Shown piece by piece: positions 9,670 through 19,478 of a stretch of DNA of 64,000 bases. A model generated the notes under the pieces. That model worked only from the letters and a program-made list of their open reading frames with translations, had not been told where the DNA came from and did no database searches. The DNA is from Candidatus Bathyarchaeota archaeon (GTDB lineage Archaea > Thermoproteota > Bathyarchaeia > 40CM-2-53-6): positions 1,120,001 through 1,184,000 of the forward strand of contig CAVTBR010000001.1 of NCBI GenBank assembly GCA_963733055.1, read 5' to 3'. Numbering within the stretch: position 1 is the first letter of the stretch; each line of letters starts with the position of its first letter. The translations under genes were made by a program, and so were the position numbers.

Positions 9670-9936
9670 CTACTCTGTAATCTTTCGGTCTCTCTTTGTA
9701 ATGAGAAGTCCTAAGGCTAGGCCGCCAGCGAAGACCAAGAGCATCAGTGTTAAGAGCGATTTCATGAATCCAGTCGCATCAATAGCGAAGTCTGTGCTGC
9801 CGTTGGTATACTCATTCAAGATCACAAACTGACTGTGCAGTGCAAACTTGCTGATCGTAGACGCAGTTAAGGCCAAACCAGACATTATGCCAACAGAAAT
9901 GGCTGTCGAAATCCTGCTAAGGGTCAGGAAACTCAT
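9670..9936 (-). CDS. Small two-TM membrane protein
   Basis: Two hydrophobic segments and a basic C-terminal tail. Confidence 0.5.
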   Translation of the reverse strand: MSFLTLSRISTAISVGIMSGLALTASTISKFALHSQFVILNEYTNGSTDFAIDATGFMKSLLTLMLLVFAGGLALGLLITKRDRKITE

Positions 9937-10129
9937 CCATCAAACCCCAGATAGGAGTCATTCCCGTTCGCTAATATGGTTTTGCTAAAACTTAGCAGCC
10001 GTTAAGCCGGCTGGACGGCTCATTTATGCTTGAACGCTTGGCTAAATGATCTAGCGGCCCTGTAACCACGTAGGCGGTTCGCGGGTTACACCACTCTATT
10101 CCGGCGTGGTCTCTCTCATTGCTTGATTT

Positions 10130-10420
10130 GTGGAGAAGCCACACGACAGTCTCATGGGAGGGTTAAAGATGGGTGTCCGCAATTCGGCGAAGGAAAGAAT
10201 CCGGGAGGTTCTCAAGAAGTCAGAGATTCCCATGGACGTTGAGAATGTCCGCGTGAAGGCTGGGCTCAAGAACTGGGAGTCAACGAAAGCCATACTCCTA
10301 GAAATGGTTCTTCAGGGTTCCGCTCTCGGCCAGAAAACAACGAAGTCATGGATCTTCTGGGTCAACACGCCAGTCGCAATGTCCCAACAATTAAGGCGTG
10401 AGCGGAAAGGAGTTGTCTAA
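10130..10420 (+). CDS. Small winged-helix protein (start probably MGVRNSAK)
   Basis: ERIREVLKKSEIPMDVENVRVKAGLKNWESTKAILLEMVLQG...KTTKSWIFW wHTH pattern. Confidence 0.65.
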   Translation: MEKPHDSLMGGLKMGVRNSAKERIREVLKKSEIPMDVENVRVKAGLKNWESTKAILLEMVLQGSALGQKTTKSWIFWVNTPVAMSQQLRRERKGVV

Positions 10421-10462
10421 CCAAAGATGACAGTTCGCGCGAATACCTCCACGGCACAGTCG

Positions 10463-11068
10463 CTAGAGGCCAACAATTACCTCGATTATTGCAGAAACGA
10501 GGAGGCCGACTAAACTAATGAGAAGCAGCTTCAAGTCTCCTTGCAAAGATGCGATAATTCGTCTGCCGACAATTCGTTCTCTTGCAATCCTAAGCGGTTC
10601 CGCCACGCAAATCAACACAAACAGGAACTCGAGAGGGGCGTGGATCCACGACGTCGCCAGCAAACGATTCACTAATGTCAAGCCTCTGATTTCCGATGCG
10701 AGCATCAAGGTGGCCCCGAGGTCAAAGAATCCAAGCAAACCCCCAGTCAACAATGAAAACACGGCCAACAAACGCACCCTAGTCCCGCCGCGAATGCGGG
10801 GCTCCCATCGAACCTTGGCTAAGATCGCTGGGTACAGGAAGGAGAGTAGGACTGGGACGCAATTATTCAAGAACACGAGCAGCGTGACCGCGACAAGACC
10901 TAGGGTAGTTGCAGCACGCAGAGGGCTGATGGCTCGCGTCGTAATCAAGAACATCATAAGTTCACGAAGCGTGGCGGAGAATGCAATCAGCAAAGCCCCC
11001 GTCACAGAGCCGACAGCGAAAGCAAGCAGTGTTTCTCCGAATGCTCTATCAACGAATCTCATGGCCAA
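10463..11068 (-). CDS. SpoIIM-like integral membrane protein
   Basis: VFLNN and WIHAPLEF motifs, C-terminal LLVSAIIEV, several TM helices. Confidence 0.6.
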   Translation of the reverse strand: MAMRFVDRAFGETLLAFAVGSVTGALLIAFSATLRELMMFLITTRAISPLRAATTLGLVAVTLLVFLNNCVPVLLSFLYPAILAKVRWEPRIRGGTRVRLLAVFSLLTGGLLGFFDLGATLMLASEIRGLTLVNRLLATSWIHAPLEFLFVLICVAEPLRIARERIVGRRIIASLQGDLKLLLISLVGLLVSAIIEVIVGL

Positions 11069-11109
11069 CCCTACAATTTCCGCGCCGCTTAATCAAGGAG
11101 TCGAGCAGA

Positions 11110-11856
11110 ATGGCGTTTGACATTCTGCTAACCACCGTCAACCTCCTCTCCGTCCTAGCTACGGCAGCCTTAGTCTTCTTAACCGCGAAACCATGCCGTG
11201 AGTCTCGCGTCCCGTATCTGCTCGCGATCCCCGCAGGGTTCGGCCTCATGGCCGTTGCATTCATTGTAGAATCTGTCGAGCCTTTTCTAGTTTCAACTTC
11301 CTCGCTTCTGGGCCTCCCTGTGACCGCTCTCTCCCTGCTAACGCAAACCTACGGCATATTATTCCTCGCCCTCACCTACGCCCGCCGAACCGGGCTTCGG
11401 CTACTCGGGCAATCAACATTCGCGGATCTACTCGCAGCCGCCCTGGTAACCGTCGGACTCTTCGGAACCATATTCGTTACACAAGCGCTAGGCGCGCCAA
11501 GCATCATGTCCTCAAGTGCGGAGCTCTTCTTGAGGGCCGTAATTATCGCAGCCACGATTTACCTTATGTACGAAACTCTCAGGAACTGGTCCCTCACCCA
11601 CAGGGCTTCGGAAGGCTTCGTGACAATCGGTTTCACTTTCCTGCTGGTAGAACAATTTGGCTTCACCCTGGCGCTCGCAAACCTAGGATCGGTGGCGGCC
11701 TTCTTAGCGTATGAAGGTAGGCTCTTAGGTCTCTTCGTGCTCAACGCGGTACTAATCGTGGGCGTCAAGAAAGCCGATCAGCTAATCCCCCTGAAGAGAC
11801 TCGGCTTGGGGGCGCCAGCTCACACTCGCGCTCAGCCGTTACTGATCCAACAGTAG
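11110..11856 (+). CDS. Seven-TM membrane protein (stand-alone sensor-like)
   Basis: Start reassigned to ATG 11110 (MAFDILL) after AAGGAG; about 7 hydrophobic helices in two similar halves. Confidence 0.65.
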   Translation: MAFDILLTTVNLLSVLATAALVFLTAKPCRESRVPYLLAIPAGFGLMAVAFIVESVEPFLVSTSSLLGLPVTALSLLTQTYGILFLALTYARRTGLRLLGQSTFADLLAAALVTVGLFGTIFVTQALGAPSIMSSSAELFLRAVIIAATIYLMYETLRNWSLTHRASEGFVTIGFTFLLVEQFGFTLALANLGSVAAFLAYEGRLLGLFVLNAVLIVGVKKADQLIPLKRLGLGAPAHTRAQPLLIQQ

Positions 11857-11889
11857 GAAAACACCGAGAAGACGGGCACCAAACAGCAG
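11839..11889 (-). repeat. Degenerate tandem copy of the prepilin-peptidase 3' end
   Basis: Reads LLFG.PVF.GVFLLLDQ* with small deletions, versus gene end LIVGDPVFAGIFLMLRH*. Confidence 0.5.
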
Positions 11890-11891
11890 CG

Positions 11892-12689
11892 CTAATGACG
11901 AAGCATTAGGAAGATTCCGGCGAAGACGGGGTCCCCTACAATCAATGTAATTGCTACGGCGATTAGTATGAAGACTAGAAGCGGTAATCCAGGCGTTACC
12001 CAGACCAAGTTTCGTGGGCTCACTTTTCTGAGAGATTCTGTGAACTCGGATACAACCTGTTCTCTGTCAACATCGACGTTAGAATACATCTGGAGGGTTC
12101 GGTGTGCCCCATTTCCGTTCTCGACAACTTTCTCCATAGGGTACAGGTAAAAGGTTGAATTCAGTTTAGCGACCGAGGTTGGAAACCCGGTGATGACAGC
12201 TAACACCTTTTTCCACGGGGGCTCACGCTCCAACCCCGCGAACATTTCCGATTTCAAGCGTACCATTGAGATCAGATTTCTTCCTAACATCCAAAACGCA
12301 ACCGAAATCGAACAAACATATGCGGTGACCAGCACGACGATTGGGAAGAAGGGGTGGACGAAGCCGAGTATTGGATTCACGATACCGGGGGGAAGGGGCA
12401 GTGTTACGCCGAGGCACATCAGCGCCTTTGCGTCAGCCCCGCCAGCCAAGCCGAAGAACACGAGTCCAAACGCGAGCAAGATTGACAAACCCATTGAAAC
12501 AGCCGTGAAAAACCAAACTGAGGGGTCTACGTAAATCCGGTAGATAGTGAGCGCGAGGCCGATAGGCCCATAGGCTAACCAGACCTTGTCCGGTACTTCG
12601 CGGGTCTTGAGGTCGGAAATCGCAGCGATCGTGAGGAAGACTAGAGTGATGGAGACGGACGCGTACTCGGAGACGCTGAGTGGATCCAT
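11892..12689 (-). CDS. pibD: Prepilin/prearchaellin peptidase (A24, FlaK/PibD type)
   Basis: AAISDLKTREVPD, GGADAK and C-terminal VWVTPGLP motifs; multiple TM helices. Confidence 0.92.
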   Translation of the reverse strand: MDPLSVSEYASVSITLVFLTIAAISDLKTREVPDKVWLAYGPIGLALTIYRIYVDPSVWFFTAVSMGLSILLAFGLVFFGLAGGADAKALMCLGVTLPLPPGIVNPILGFVHPFFPIVVLVTAYVCSISVAFWMLGRNLISMVRLKSEMFAGLEREPPWKKVLAVITGFPTSVAKLNSTFYLYPMEKVVENGNGAHRTLQMYSNVDVDREQVVSEFTESLRKVSPRNLVWVTPGLPLLVFILIAVAITLIVGDPVFAGIFLMLRH

Positions 12690-12735
12690 CTCTAAAACTC
12701 ACTCTCATGCTCTTCGGCAGGTCATCAGAGCTTTG

Positions 12736-13155
12736 TCACTCGTGTACTCTCCGGGCGTCTTCGAAACGGTCAAAGTGCTTGTCAAAACTATAAATTTCCT
12801 TGATCTCGTTTTCTTTCATTAGAACATAGGCGACCGCGTCGTTCAAACCAACGATGGCTTCTTCGGCTATCTGGATCGCGTCGACGTAGTCATCTCTACT
12901 TGGTTCGAGCAATAGAATTGTAGGTGAGTGAATTAGGTCGTAGATTATTGGGTGGCTATCTTGAATCGGCATCGAAGCTTCGAGGATATTCGCAACATCC
13001 GAGAGATGAGTCAAACTTGTTGCAACCCTTTCACCAGAATTTATTCGCTTCACAATTGACTTTGCAGCCCTCTTCACCTCGGCAACCTCATCCGATATCA
13101 CTTTTCTCGGCTTCAGGTAAGCGTAAAGGAAAACGGAAGCGTCAACGAATCTCAT
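12736..13155 (-). CDS. vapC: PIN-domain toxin (VapC)
   Basis: FVDASVF, GLNDA and IYSFDKHFD PIN acidic residues. Confidence 0.9.
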   Translation of the reverse strand: MRFVDASVFLYAYLKPRKVISDEVAEVKRAAKSIVKRINSGERVATSLTHLSDVANILEASMPIQDSHPIIYDLIHSPTILLLEPSRDDYVDAIQIAEEAIVGLNDAVAYVLMKENEIKEIYSFDKHFDRFEDARRVHE

Positions 13156-13397
13156 TTACCGCGTCTCCCCAGGACCGCTTTCTTCAACCTAGAGTAATCA
13201 GCGAAGTCAACAGGATTCACGCTCACCTCGACTGAGTCGAAATGCCTAGTTAAGTCAGGCTTCACCCTCGGCCTGACAAGCAGCGAATCCCCTTTCTCGA
13301 TAACTATGACCTCACCTGAGTTGTGAAGCCTCTCGTTCCTCCACCGCGCCGGCAAGGAAATCCTGCCCTGGGAATCCACTTTCTTGATCTCTGCCAA
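13152..13397 (-). CDS. AbrB/MraZ-like antitoxin
   Basis: Start reassigned to TTG 13397 (MAEIKKVDSQGRISLPARWR); overlaps the toxin start by 4 bp. Confidence 0.85.
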   Translation of the reverse strand: MAEIKKVDSQGRISLPARWRNERLHNSGEVIVIEKGDSLLVRPRVKPDLTRHFDSVEVSVNPVDFADYSRLKKAVLGRRGK

Positions 13398-13403
13398 ACG
13401 ATA

Positions 13404-13454
13404 TTTCCCCAATATACGACCTAATTCCCCATATTTGTGTATATTCCCCATATT
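13404..13454 (-). promoter_or_regulatory. Three direct repeats (probable antitoxin operator)
   Basis: TTCCCC(A)ATAT at 13405, 13425 and 13444 (~20-bp period) just upstream of the AbrB start. Confidence 0.6.
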
Positions 13455-13710
13455 CTCAGTAGGCTGAGAATCGAGGCTTGGAATCTGGTCAGTCGTGCCT
13501 AAGTCAATGCCCACATCACGACCTTGCCGCTATATGGTCTTCTTGAGCCTTGACTCGAAAGGCTTGAACAAATTGATGACAAACTCGACCGTCGCCATAC
13601 AATCGATTTTCGTTGAAGAGTGGTAGCTGCTGCCTGTCCGGAGGGCACGTATTTAGGCGGCGGAGAGGCGGAAACGTCACGAAAATACTGAGAATCTGGA
13701 GAAATGGGGT

Positions 13711-14538
13711 TTGTCTGCGGAGGAACGTGTGGAAGACGGGCAGATTAACGCCTTACAACGTTTGGGTCTTACGGAGTACGAGGCTAGAATTTACTTGACG
13801 CTAGCCTCGAAGGGGCCCATCAAAGCCAGTGAACTAAGCTTCTTCGGCCAAATACCCCGAACCAAGACCTACGGTGCAATTAACGAGCTCGAACGGAAGG
13901 GGTTGCTCCGGATAATCCCGGGAAAACCCGAGGTGTATTCCCCAGCCTCGCCGGGCGAGGTTCTGATGCCGATGGTGAACAAACTCAGCCGTCAATTGGC
14001 TGAGGCAGAATCGGTCGTCGAGGGTCTCATGTTGACATTTGAATCCAATAGGTTCGTGAAACGTGATGTCCCTAAGGAGGCGGATGAGTTCTGGGAGGTT
14101 CAAGGACGATCGGGCATAATCAACAAGATGAACCAGATATTCAGCGATGCCACGAAGAGCATAAACTACTGCACAAGCGCGGAGGGCCTGATACGGGTGT
14201 ACAAGGCTCAGTGTGACATACTAGAGAAGGCGAACGAGCGAGGAGCGGAGGTACGTATACTCTCACTGGTCAATTCGGGGAACGCTGCGGTAGCGCGCGA
14301 AGTCGCGGAAGTGCTGAAGTTCAAGGTTCTCGACAAACCCTTCGGACAGAATTTCGTCACGGTCGATTCTCGCCAACTTATTGCGATAGAGGCGACCCCT
14401 GAAGACCTGCGAACCGACCAAGGTGCTGACAAGGGAATATGGACCACAAATAGGCTTCTCGTGGAATTGCACGACCAACTCTTCGAGAGGTTGTGGAATA
14501 CCTTCCCCGCTCGCAAAGCGATCCCACAGACCGTGTGA
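13711..14538 (+). CDS. trmB: TrmB-family transcriptional regulator
   Basis: LGLTEYEARIY...IPRTKTYGAINELERKGL HTH; C-terminal effector domain (RGAEVRIL). Confidence 0.92.
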   Translation: MSAEERVEDGQINALQRLGLTEYEARIYLTLASKGPIKASELSFFGQIPRTKTYGAINELERKGLLRIIPGKPEVYSPASPGEVLMPMVNKLSRQLAEAESVVEGLMLTFESNRFVKRDVPKEADEFWEVQGRSGIINKMNQIFSDATKSINYCTSAEGLIRVYKAQCDILEKANERGAEVRILSLVNSGNAAVAREVAEVLKFKVLDKPFGQNFVTVDSRQLIAIEATPEDLRTDQGADKGIWTTNRLLVELHDQLFERLWNTFPARKAIPQTV

Positions 14539-14827
14539 ATTGCTTTACCTGTTAAGATCACATGCGAATGATGGAATTATTCGGTGTAACCTAGTCAATT
14601 CTGAACTTATCTACGTCTATAGTGAGCATAAGAACGTTCAAAAAAACCATTTGCCGCCGCCTAATGCCTTACCGTTAGAGGCATCGGCTCTGTATGGTCT
14701 TGACCGAAACTGCCAATCTTGCGGTTATTAGATGGCACTTTCCGTCACCCAGTCCGACGACTAAGGGTAACACACCATCTATCGCCCGTGTATACTTCCT
14801 TACTTTCCTACAGATGGGGATTCCTGC

Positions 14828-14989
14828 ATGAAGAGGCTAGGCGACTCCAAGGTGACTGGAAAGTATCAGGCAACTATCCCACGCCCTGTTAGAGAACTTC
14901 TCAGACTGACATCCGGAGATAGAGTTGTCTTTCTAACAGAACGCGGCAACGTCTTAGTGAAAAAGGGCAGAGTGGAAATTCAAAGTTGA
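14828..14989 (+). CDS. Small AbrB/MazE/SpoVT protein (53 aa, below the ORF-track cutoff)
   Basis: MKRLGDSKVTGKYQATIPRPVRELLRLTSGDRVVFLTERGNVLVKKGRVEIQS; upstream TACTTCCT-TACTTTCCT repeat. Confidence 0.85.
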   Translation: MKRLGDSKVTGKYQATIPRPVRELLRLTSGDRVVFLTERGNVLVKKGRVEIQS

Positions 14990-15033
14990 CTGAGCCGGGA
15001 GACAACTCAGTCCAGCCGTAGGAGCGGCGAAGC

Positions 15034-18000
15034 GTGGGCAAGCGGTGCTCGAGGGGAGGTAGGTACTGGCTCAGAGTACCGCTGATATCGTTTCTACTAG
15101 CATCTATCATCCTGAGCACAATCTTGCCCAACACCATTCCATTCGTTCACGCTCAAAGTTCGTCCTCCGTCGGAAGCATAACGCCATCAACAGATGCGCT
15201 TCTCTTCGGTTCGTCGGGCAACGTGAGGATTGATATTCCCAAACCTGGTATCGCGGTTCGCATAGAGGTTCCCAGAGAGTTCCTCCAGGGCGTAGTTTCG
15301 GGAGAGAACGACACACACTTCATCACGAGCAACATCAGAAACGATTACTACTATTACAATGTCGTAGATGAATCACTCCACTGGACCTATAACTGGCAGG
15401 ATAACGCAAGCGACGGCCCCTGCTTCAAACCCAACTTCTCATACTACGACCCCAATGCTCCGTACTGCGTTGAGATCTGGAACTATCTCAATCCCTTACC
15501 CCAACCATTCCTGAAGCCGCAACAGTACAATGTAACACCGGGTGCGGGTCCAGGTCCTAATCCTCCTCACCGGTACACTTTCGACTACAATGACTCGGTG
15601 GGGATAGATTACTGTCAGGCTCCTAACCTCGGGAAATTCGTATTTGGTTGCTTCAGCCCACCCAAGTTTGTATTGTTTCAGAACCTAGTGTCCCCAAAGC
15701 TTGCTGGGCTCTACAACTTTACACTCTTCGTGGCGAACCGCACTAACATACTAGGGTACCCCGACTTCGTACACGCATGGACTACAACTCTATTCGTTCC
15801 CGTGAGCATGGCTTACAACGCCGGCGCGATCTCTGGAAATATCTGCGACGCCGGTAGCAGCCCTTCGTGCAATCCAATTCACGCGAAGGGGATTGTGTAC
15901 GCACAGAGCGTCTCAACGCGGTCGATCGTGGCCAGGGCCTACGTTAATCAGTCGCTGTGTAGTGTCGGGACGTGCGGCGTATTCAAACTGACTGGGTTGG
16001 CACCGGGCAACTACTACGTCGAGGGTTCCGCGGGCGTTGACCTAGATGGGGCAGCCTACTCGCTAACCTATCTTGGCTCCCAGTTGGCTCCAACCGTAGT
16101 CAATGTGTCTCCGAATTTACCAACCGGCATGGGTCACCTACCGCTACTGCGGGCACCTCTCTTTTGTGGGATGATCAACTATGAGCCTAACGGCGGCCTC
16201 ACAACTATTCCTTCCCTAACCGGTGCTACGAACCTTCTGAATGCCGGCTTCGAAAAGTTCATTGAACCACCACCATGGCTCAGTACGAACGCGTTTGAGC
16301 TAAACATCACGGTTGAAGCGACTGACGGTTTAGGCCACGTGTTCAGGTTTCGCGGCGTTGCCAGCGGCACGTCTTCTGACTCGTTCGAAATCATTACCGG
16401 CACTGGTGTTAATTATGTTGGAAGTGACCCGTACGGAACGGAGTTTGCTGGACTTCCGTCCTTTGACGACGTTAGTCCATCGGGTTACAGTTTAGCGGTT
16501 AAGGTCTTCGTTTCGGGTTATGTTCAACATGCGCCTGCGACAGCTACTGTTTTTGGGCCGACTGATTCTGGTCTCCCGCCAAGCTGCTCAAATCAAGTGG
16601 GAGTCAACTTTGGTCCGAGTCCAGTCGAGATGTGGGTGGGCGGTCTCATCAGTGGTACGTTGCAATTCTGCAATACTCAACCTCTCCAACCTTGCCAGCT
16701 TGGAGAGTCGCCGCACGACGCGGAAGCTTCTCTCCCCATCGGCGTAGTCACCGACTCCTTGTTCGGTGGAAACGTCGTTGTCGAAGCGTTTGACAATCTA
16801 GGCATCCTGAGAGGCCTGACCGTCATCAATGGAACTATGCCAAACGGAAAGACGGGCTATAAGTCTTGCAACTTCACTGATACTTGTGCGTCGGTCCCCT
16901 TTTTCATAACCGGTTTCTCGGAATACTTCAACCACAGCCTGTCGGGTACCTGGCGAGAAAAAGACTACGGTTTTCCTGACGGGACGTACTCTCTTCAAAT
17001 GTACGTGAGGGGGTATCAGTTAACGTCTACTAACGTCATCTCAATATTTAACGGAAGCGACCAAACGGCTTCCGTTTATTTGACTCGTGGCGGCGCTTTC
17101 CAAGTTGACGTTTCGTCTGCCGATAACCGTTTCGGCACGAGGGCGATTCAGGCTCGTTTGCAATGGCGTTTTCTGAACTCAACAATACCAGTTCGCGCAC
17201 GGGTCTATTTCTACTCTGCAAGCGGCATCACGGTGGGTTATGTTGAGGCGCTTTTGGAGATAGGGTCGGGCATCACCAATGAGTTAGGTGTTATCTCCTT
17301 TACGACGACCGACTTCAAGGTGATCTTCGCGGGTCAGAATTGGAGCTTACGCGAAATCTGGTTCTACGGCGATATTCCTACCCACGTTACAAATGACACG
17401 TATACGATTAAGGCGTATACGTTGGGGTATGTGCGACAATTCCAGAACGGTATCCTTGTCCAAAACCAACTCGTCGGTTTCAACCAAGGTCTAATCACGT
17501 TGTTCATCGGTAATGAGCTGGACACAACGGTTCCGCTCTTCAGCAGTCCCCAGAGCTTCACCCCAACGCCCGAATACGATCATGTAATCGGGCAGGTATT
17601 CTCGGCAGGGCTGTCGGGGGCTGAGATGGCAAATCTAACTGCGGGAGTGCCAACGCTTCAGTTTAATGTCTTCGGCTTCGGGGGAATGGAGCTTAGCAAT
17701 TCGGGAATCTGTAACACGAACGTGCTGCTTGTAGGAAAAATGAAAATCTGTGGGCAGGGGCATTTCTTCTACGTCGCCCCCGACGGCACTCAGTATTCCG
17801 ATTACGGGTTGGACCTTGGAACCTACACGTCCAAAGTACCAGAGTTCGGCTTCACGGCTCATTTCATGCAACCATCCACTCCCGTCCCAGTGAAATTCGC
17901 GGATCTACTTCTTCAAACCGGGATTGTTGTTAAGGCTTTACGGATGGCGTTGATCATGCAGGGTTCGGGCTCTTTCGTGTTAGGCTACAACGATCACCTC

Positions 18001-18267
18001 CCATGCCCGGTTCAGTTGTGCGTCGTTCCGTTATCCTGGGCTCAGGTTACCGCTGGCAACTATACGTACTCGCGGAGAGTGCCGACGGTTGATGGGACGT
18101 ATGATGGCGTTGACGCACTTTTTCTTCCGGCGGGCATTTACAATATCACCTTTAGTGACCTGCAGTACCAGTCGCAAACCTTGGTCAACTTCCCAGTGGG
18201 GTGGGGTAACCCATACTCGGTCCTTCCACCCCAAGAATACCTCTGCCCTGTTGGCTTTACGTGCTGA
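15034..18267 (+). CDS. Large secreted beta-rich protein with carboxypeptidase-regulatory-like (Ig-like) repeats
   Basis: Signal peptide ending PFVHA; repeated GxIxG...GxY units (LAPGNYYV, PDGTYSL, LPAGIYNI); many Cys and N-X-S/T sequons. Confidence 0.7.
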   Translation: MGKRCSRGGRYWLRVPLISFLLASIILSTILPNTIPFVHAQSSSSVGSITPSTDALLFGSSGNVRIDIPKPGIAVRIEVPREFLQGVVSGENDTHFITSNIRNDYYYYNVVDESLHWTYNWQDNASDGPCFKPNFSYYDPNAPYCVEIWNYLNPLPQPFLKPQQYNVTPGAGPGPNPPHRYTFDYNDSVGIDYCQAPNLGKFVFGCFSPPKFVLFQNLVSPKLAGLYNFTLFVANRTNILGYPDFVHAWTTTLFVPVSMAYNAGAISGNICDAGSSPSCNPIHAKGIVYAQSVSTRSIVARAYVNQSLCSVGTCGVFKLTGLAPGNYYVEGSAGVDLDGAAYSLTYLGSQLAPTVVNVSPNLPTGMGHLPLLRAPLFCGMINYEPNGGLTTIPSLTGATNLLNAGFEKFIEPPPWLSTNAFELNITVEATDGLGHVFRFRGVASGTSSDSFEIITGTGVNYVGSDPYGTEFAGLPSFDDVSPSGYSLAVKVFVSGYVQHAPATATVFGPTDSGLPPSCSNQVGVNFGPSPVEMWVGGLISGTLQFCNTQPLQPCQLGESPHDAEASLPIGVVTDSLFGGNVVVEAFDNLGILRGLTVINGTMPNGKTGYKSCNFTDTCASVPFFITGFSEYFNHSLSGTWREKDYGFPDGTYSLQMYVRGYQLTSTNVISIFNGSDQTASVYLTRGGAFQVDVSSADNRFGTRAIQARLQWRFLNSTIPVRARVYFYSASGITVGYVEALLEIGSGITNELGVISFTTTDFKVIFAGQNWSLREIWFYGDIPTHVTNDTYTIKAYTLGYVRQFQNGILVQNQLVGFNQGLITLFIGNELDTTVPLFSSPQSFTPTPEYDHVIGQVFSAGLSGAEMANLTAGVPTLQFNVFGFGGMELSNSGICNTNVLLVGKMKICGQGHFFYVAPDGTQYSDYGLDLGTYTSKVPEFGFTAHFMQPSTPVPVKFADLLLQTGIVVKALRMALIMQGSGSFVLGYNDHLPCPVQLCVVPLSWAQVTAGNYTYSRRVPTVDGTYDGVDALFLPAGIYNITFSDLQYQSQTLVNFPVGWGNPYSVLPPQEYLCPVGFTC

Positions 18268-19423
18268 CAGAATCATGTGTCTCGACTATGGTGATTCCTC
18301 GTTCATGTAATGCTTTGAAGAATGGTGGTGGGTCGATGCAGGTTTCGGGTGGGAGAACTCCCCTATGTTTTATTTCTCCGGAGGCGAGCCATTGAGCGGT
18401 TATTGAGGGTGGGGAGCCTGTTCCGACGGTTCCTCCACCAATCTGCCACGTTGTATTGGGGTTGCAGACTGCGTCTATGGTGATGGTTGCAGGTCTTCCG
18501 TTTCTTGTTCCCGATGCCTCGACTCTTTGGATGTCGGTGTCGAGTTCGGAGCGCGGGGGTTTTGGTTGGGAGTCGATGAGTGAGGCTAGGAAGTCGTAAG
18601 GAGAGATTTCTAATCCCCTGACCTTTACGGGTGTCTTGCTAGCTAATCCTAACCTCACGAGCAGGGCTAGGGTTTCGGTGAATTGGGGCGGGTACGTGAC
18701 TATGAAGTCCATGTTCCTGACCCCCTTCCCCAACGTACTGGGCATGGTTGCCAGTTCGGAGTGTAGGGTATAGTAGCCCTCCACTTGGCCGACGGGGTCG
18801 GGCATGGTGAATCGTTGCTTTTGGGTGAGCGGTTCTATTTCACGTATTTTTCCATCCCGCAGGATTATCGGGGGGATCGTGAATTCGTCGAGGATCGTGC
18901 GGATCGAGAAAGACGGTGTGAGGCCGTGGCCCGTTTCTTTGGTCGCGGTTGATGCGCTGCGTAGCTTCATTGTTTCAACGGTATCTAGGAGGCTCGCCGC
19001 GTGGGCGCCTATTACATTCATTATTCCAGGGGAACTTCCCATTCCGAGAACACAGCACACATCAGCGTCCTTAGCCTGCCCGTCCATTTCCAGTTGTTTC
19101 TTGGTCATGTGGTATAGGCCGCCGAGGTCAACGTAGTGAACCCCCGCCTTTATCGCGGACTCCATCACGAGGAGGTTAAGCTTGTACCAGGCCGAATTGA
19201 TGACAACATCCCAATCTCCTAGCGCCTTTGTCAATGAATGAGGGTCTTGGGCATCGACTGTTACTGGGACCGCACGTTCGTCCCCGAGGCTTTTGGCCGC
19301 CGCCTTGGCTTTCTCACCCGCCATATCTGCAACCCCTACGCTATCCACCTTGGGGTTCTCGAGTAGGTCCCTCAATGTAACCTGGGCCATAGCCCCCGCC
19401 CCACCCAACACGAACACTTTCAT
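18257..19423 (-). CDS. Saccharopine/lysine 6-dehydrogenase-like oxidoreductase
   Basis: VLGGAGAMA, HYVDLGG, GMGSSPG, HSELAT and GVLPPE motifs. Confidence 0.85.
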   Translation of the reverse strand: MKVFVLGGAGAMAQVTLRDLLENPKVDSVGVADMAGEKAKAAAKSLGDERAVPVTVDAQDPHSLTKALGDWDVVINSAWYKLNLLVMESAIKAGVHYVDLGGLYHMTKKQLEMDGQAKDADVCCVLGMGSSPGIMNVIGAHAASLLDTVETMKLRSASTATKETGHGLTPSFSIRTILDEFTIPPIILRDGKIREIEPLTQKQRFTMPDPVGQVEGYYTLHSELATMPSTLGKGVRNMDFIVTYPPQFTETLALLVRLGLASKTPVKVRGLEISPYDFLASLIDSQPKPPRSELDTDIQRVEASGTRNGRPATITIDAVCNPNTTWQIGGGTVGTGSPPSITAQWLASGEIKHRGVLPPETCIDPPPFFKALHERGITIVETHDSVST

Positions 19424-19478
19424 TCGAAGCCCTAGTCTCCGCTAGCGTTAACCTGGGTTCGTCCTATTGAAATGAATT

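Noticed and set aside
10518-11120. 200-aa plus-strand ORF (also 39914-40561, 29760-30275 and many shorter track ORFs)
   Set aside because: Antisense or off-frame shadows of well-supported genes, with no motifs.
334-12689. Archaellum (motility) locus
   Set aside because: No FlaH/FlaF/FlaG or archaellin-type genes recognised; two TadC-like genes and diverse pilins indicate a type IV pilus.
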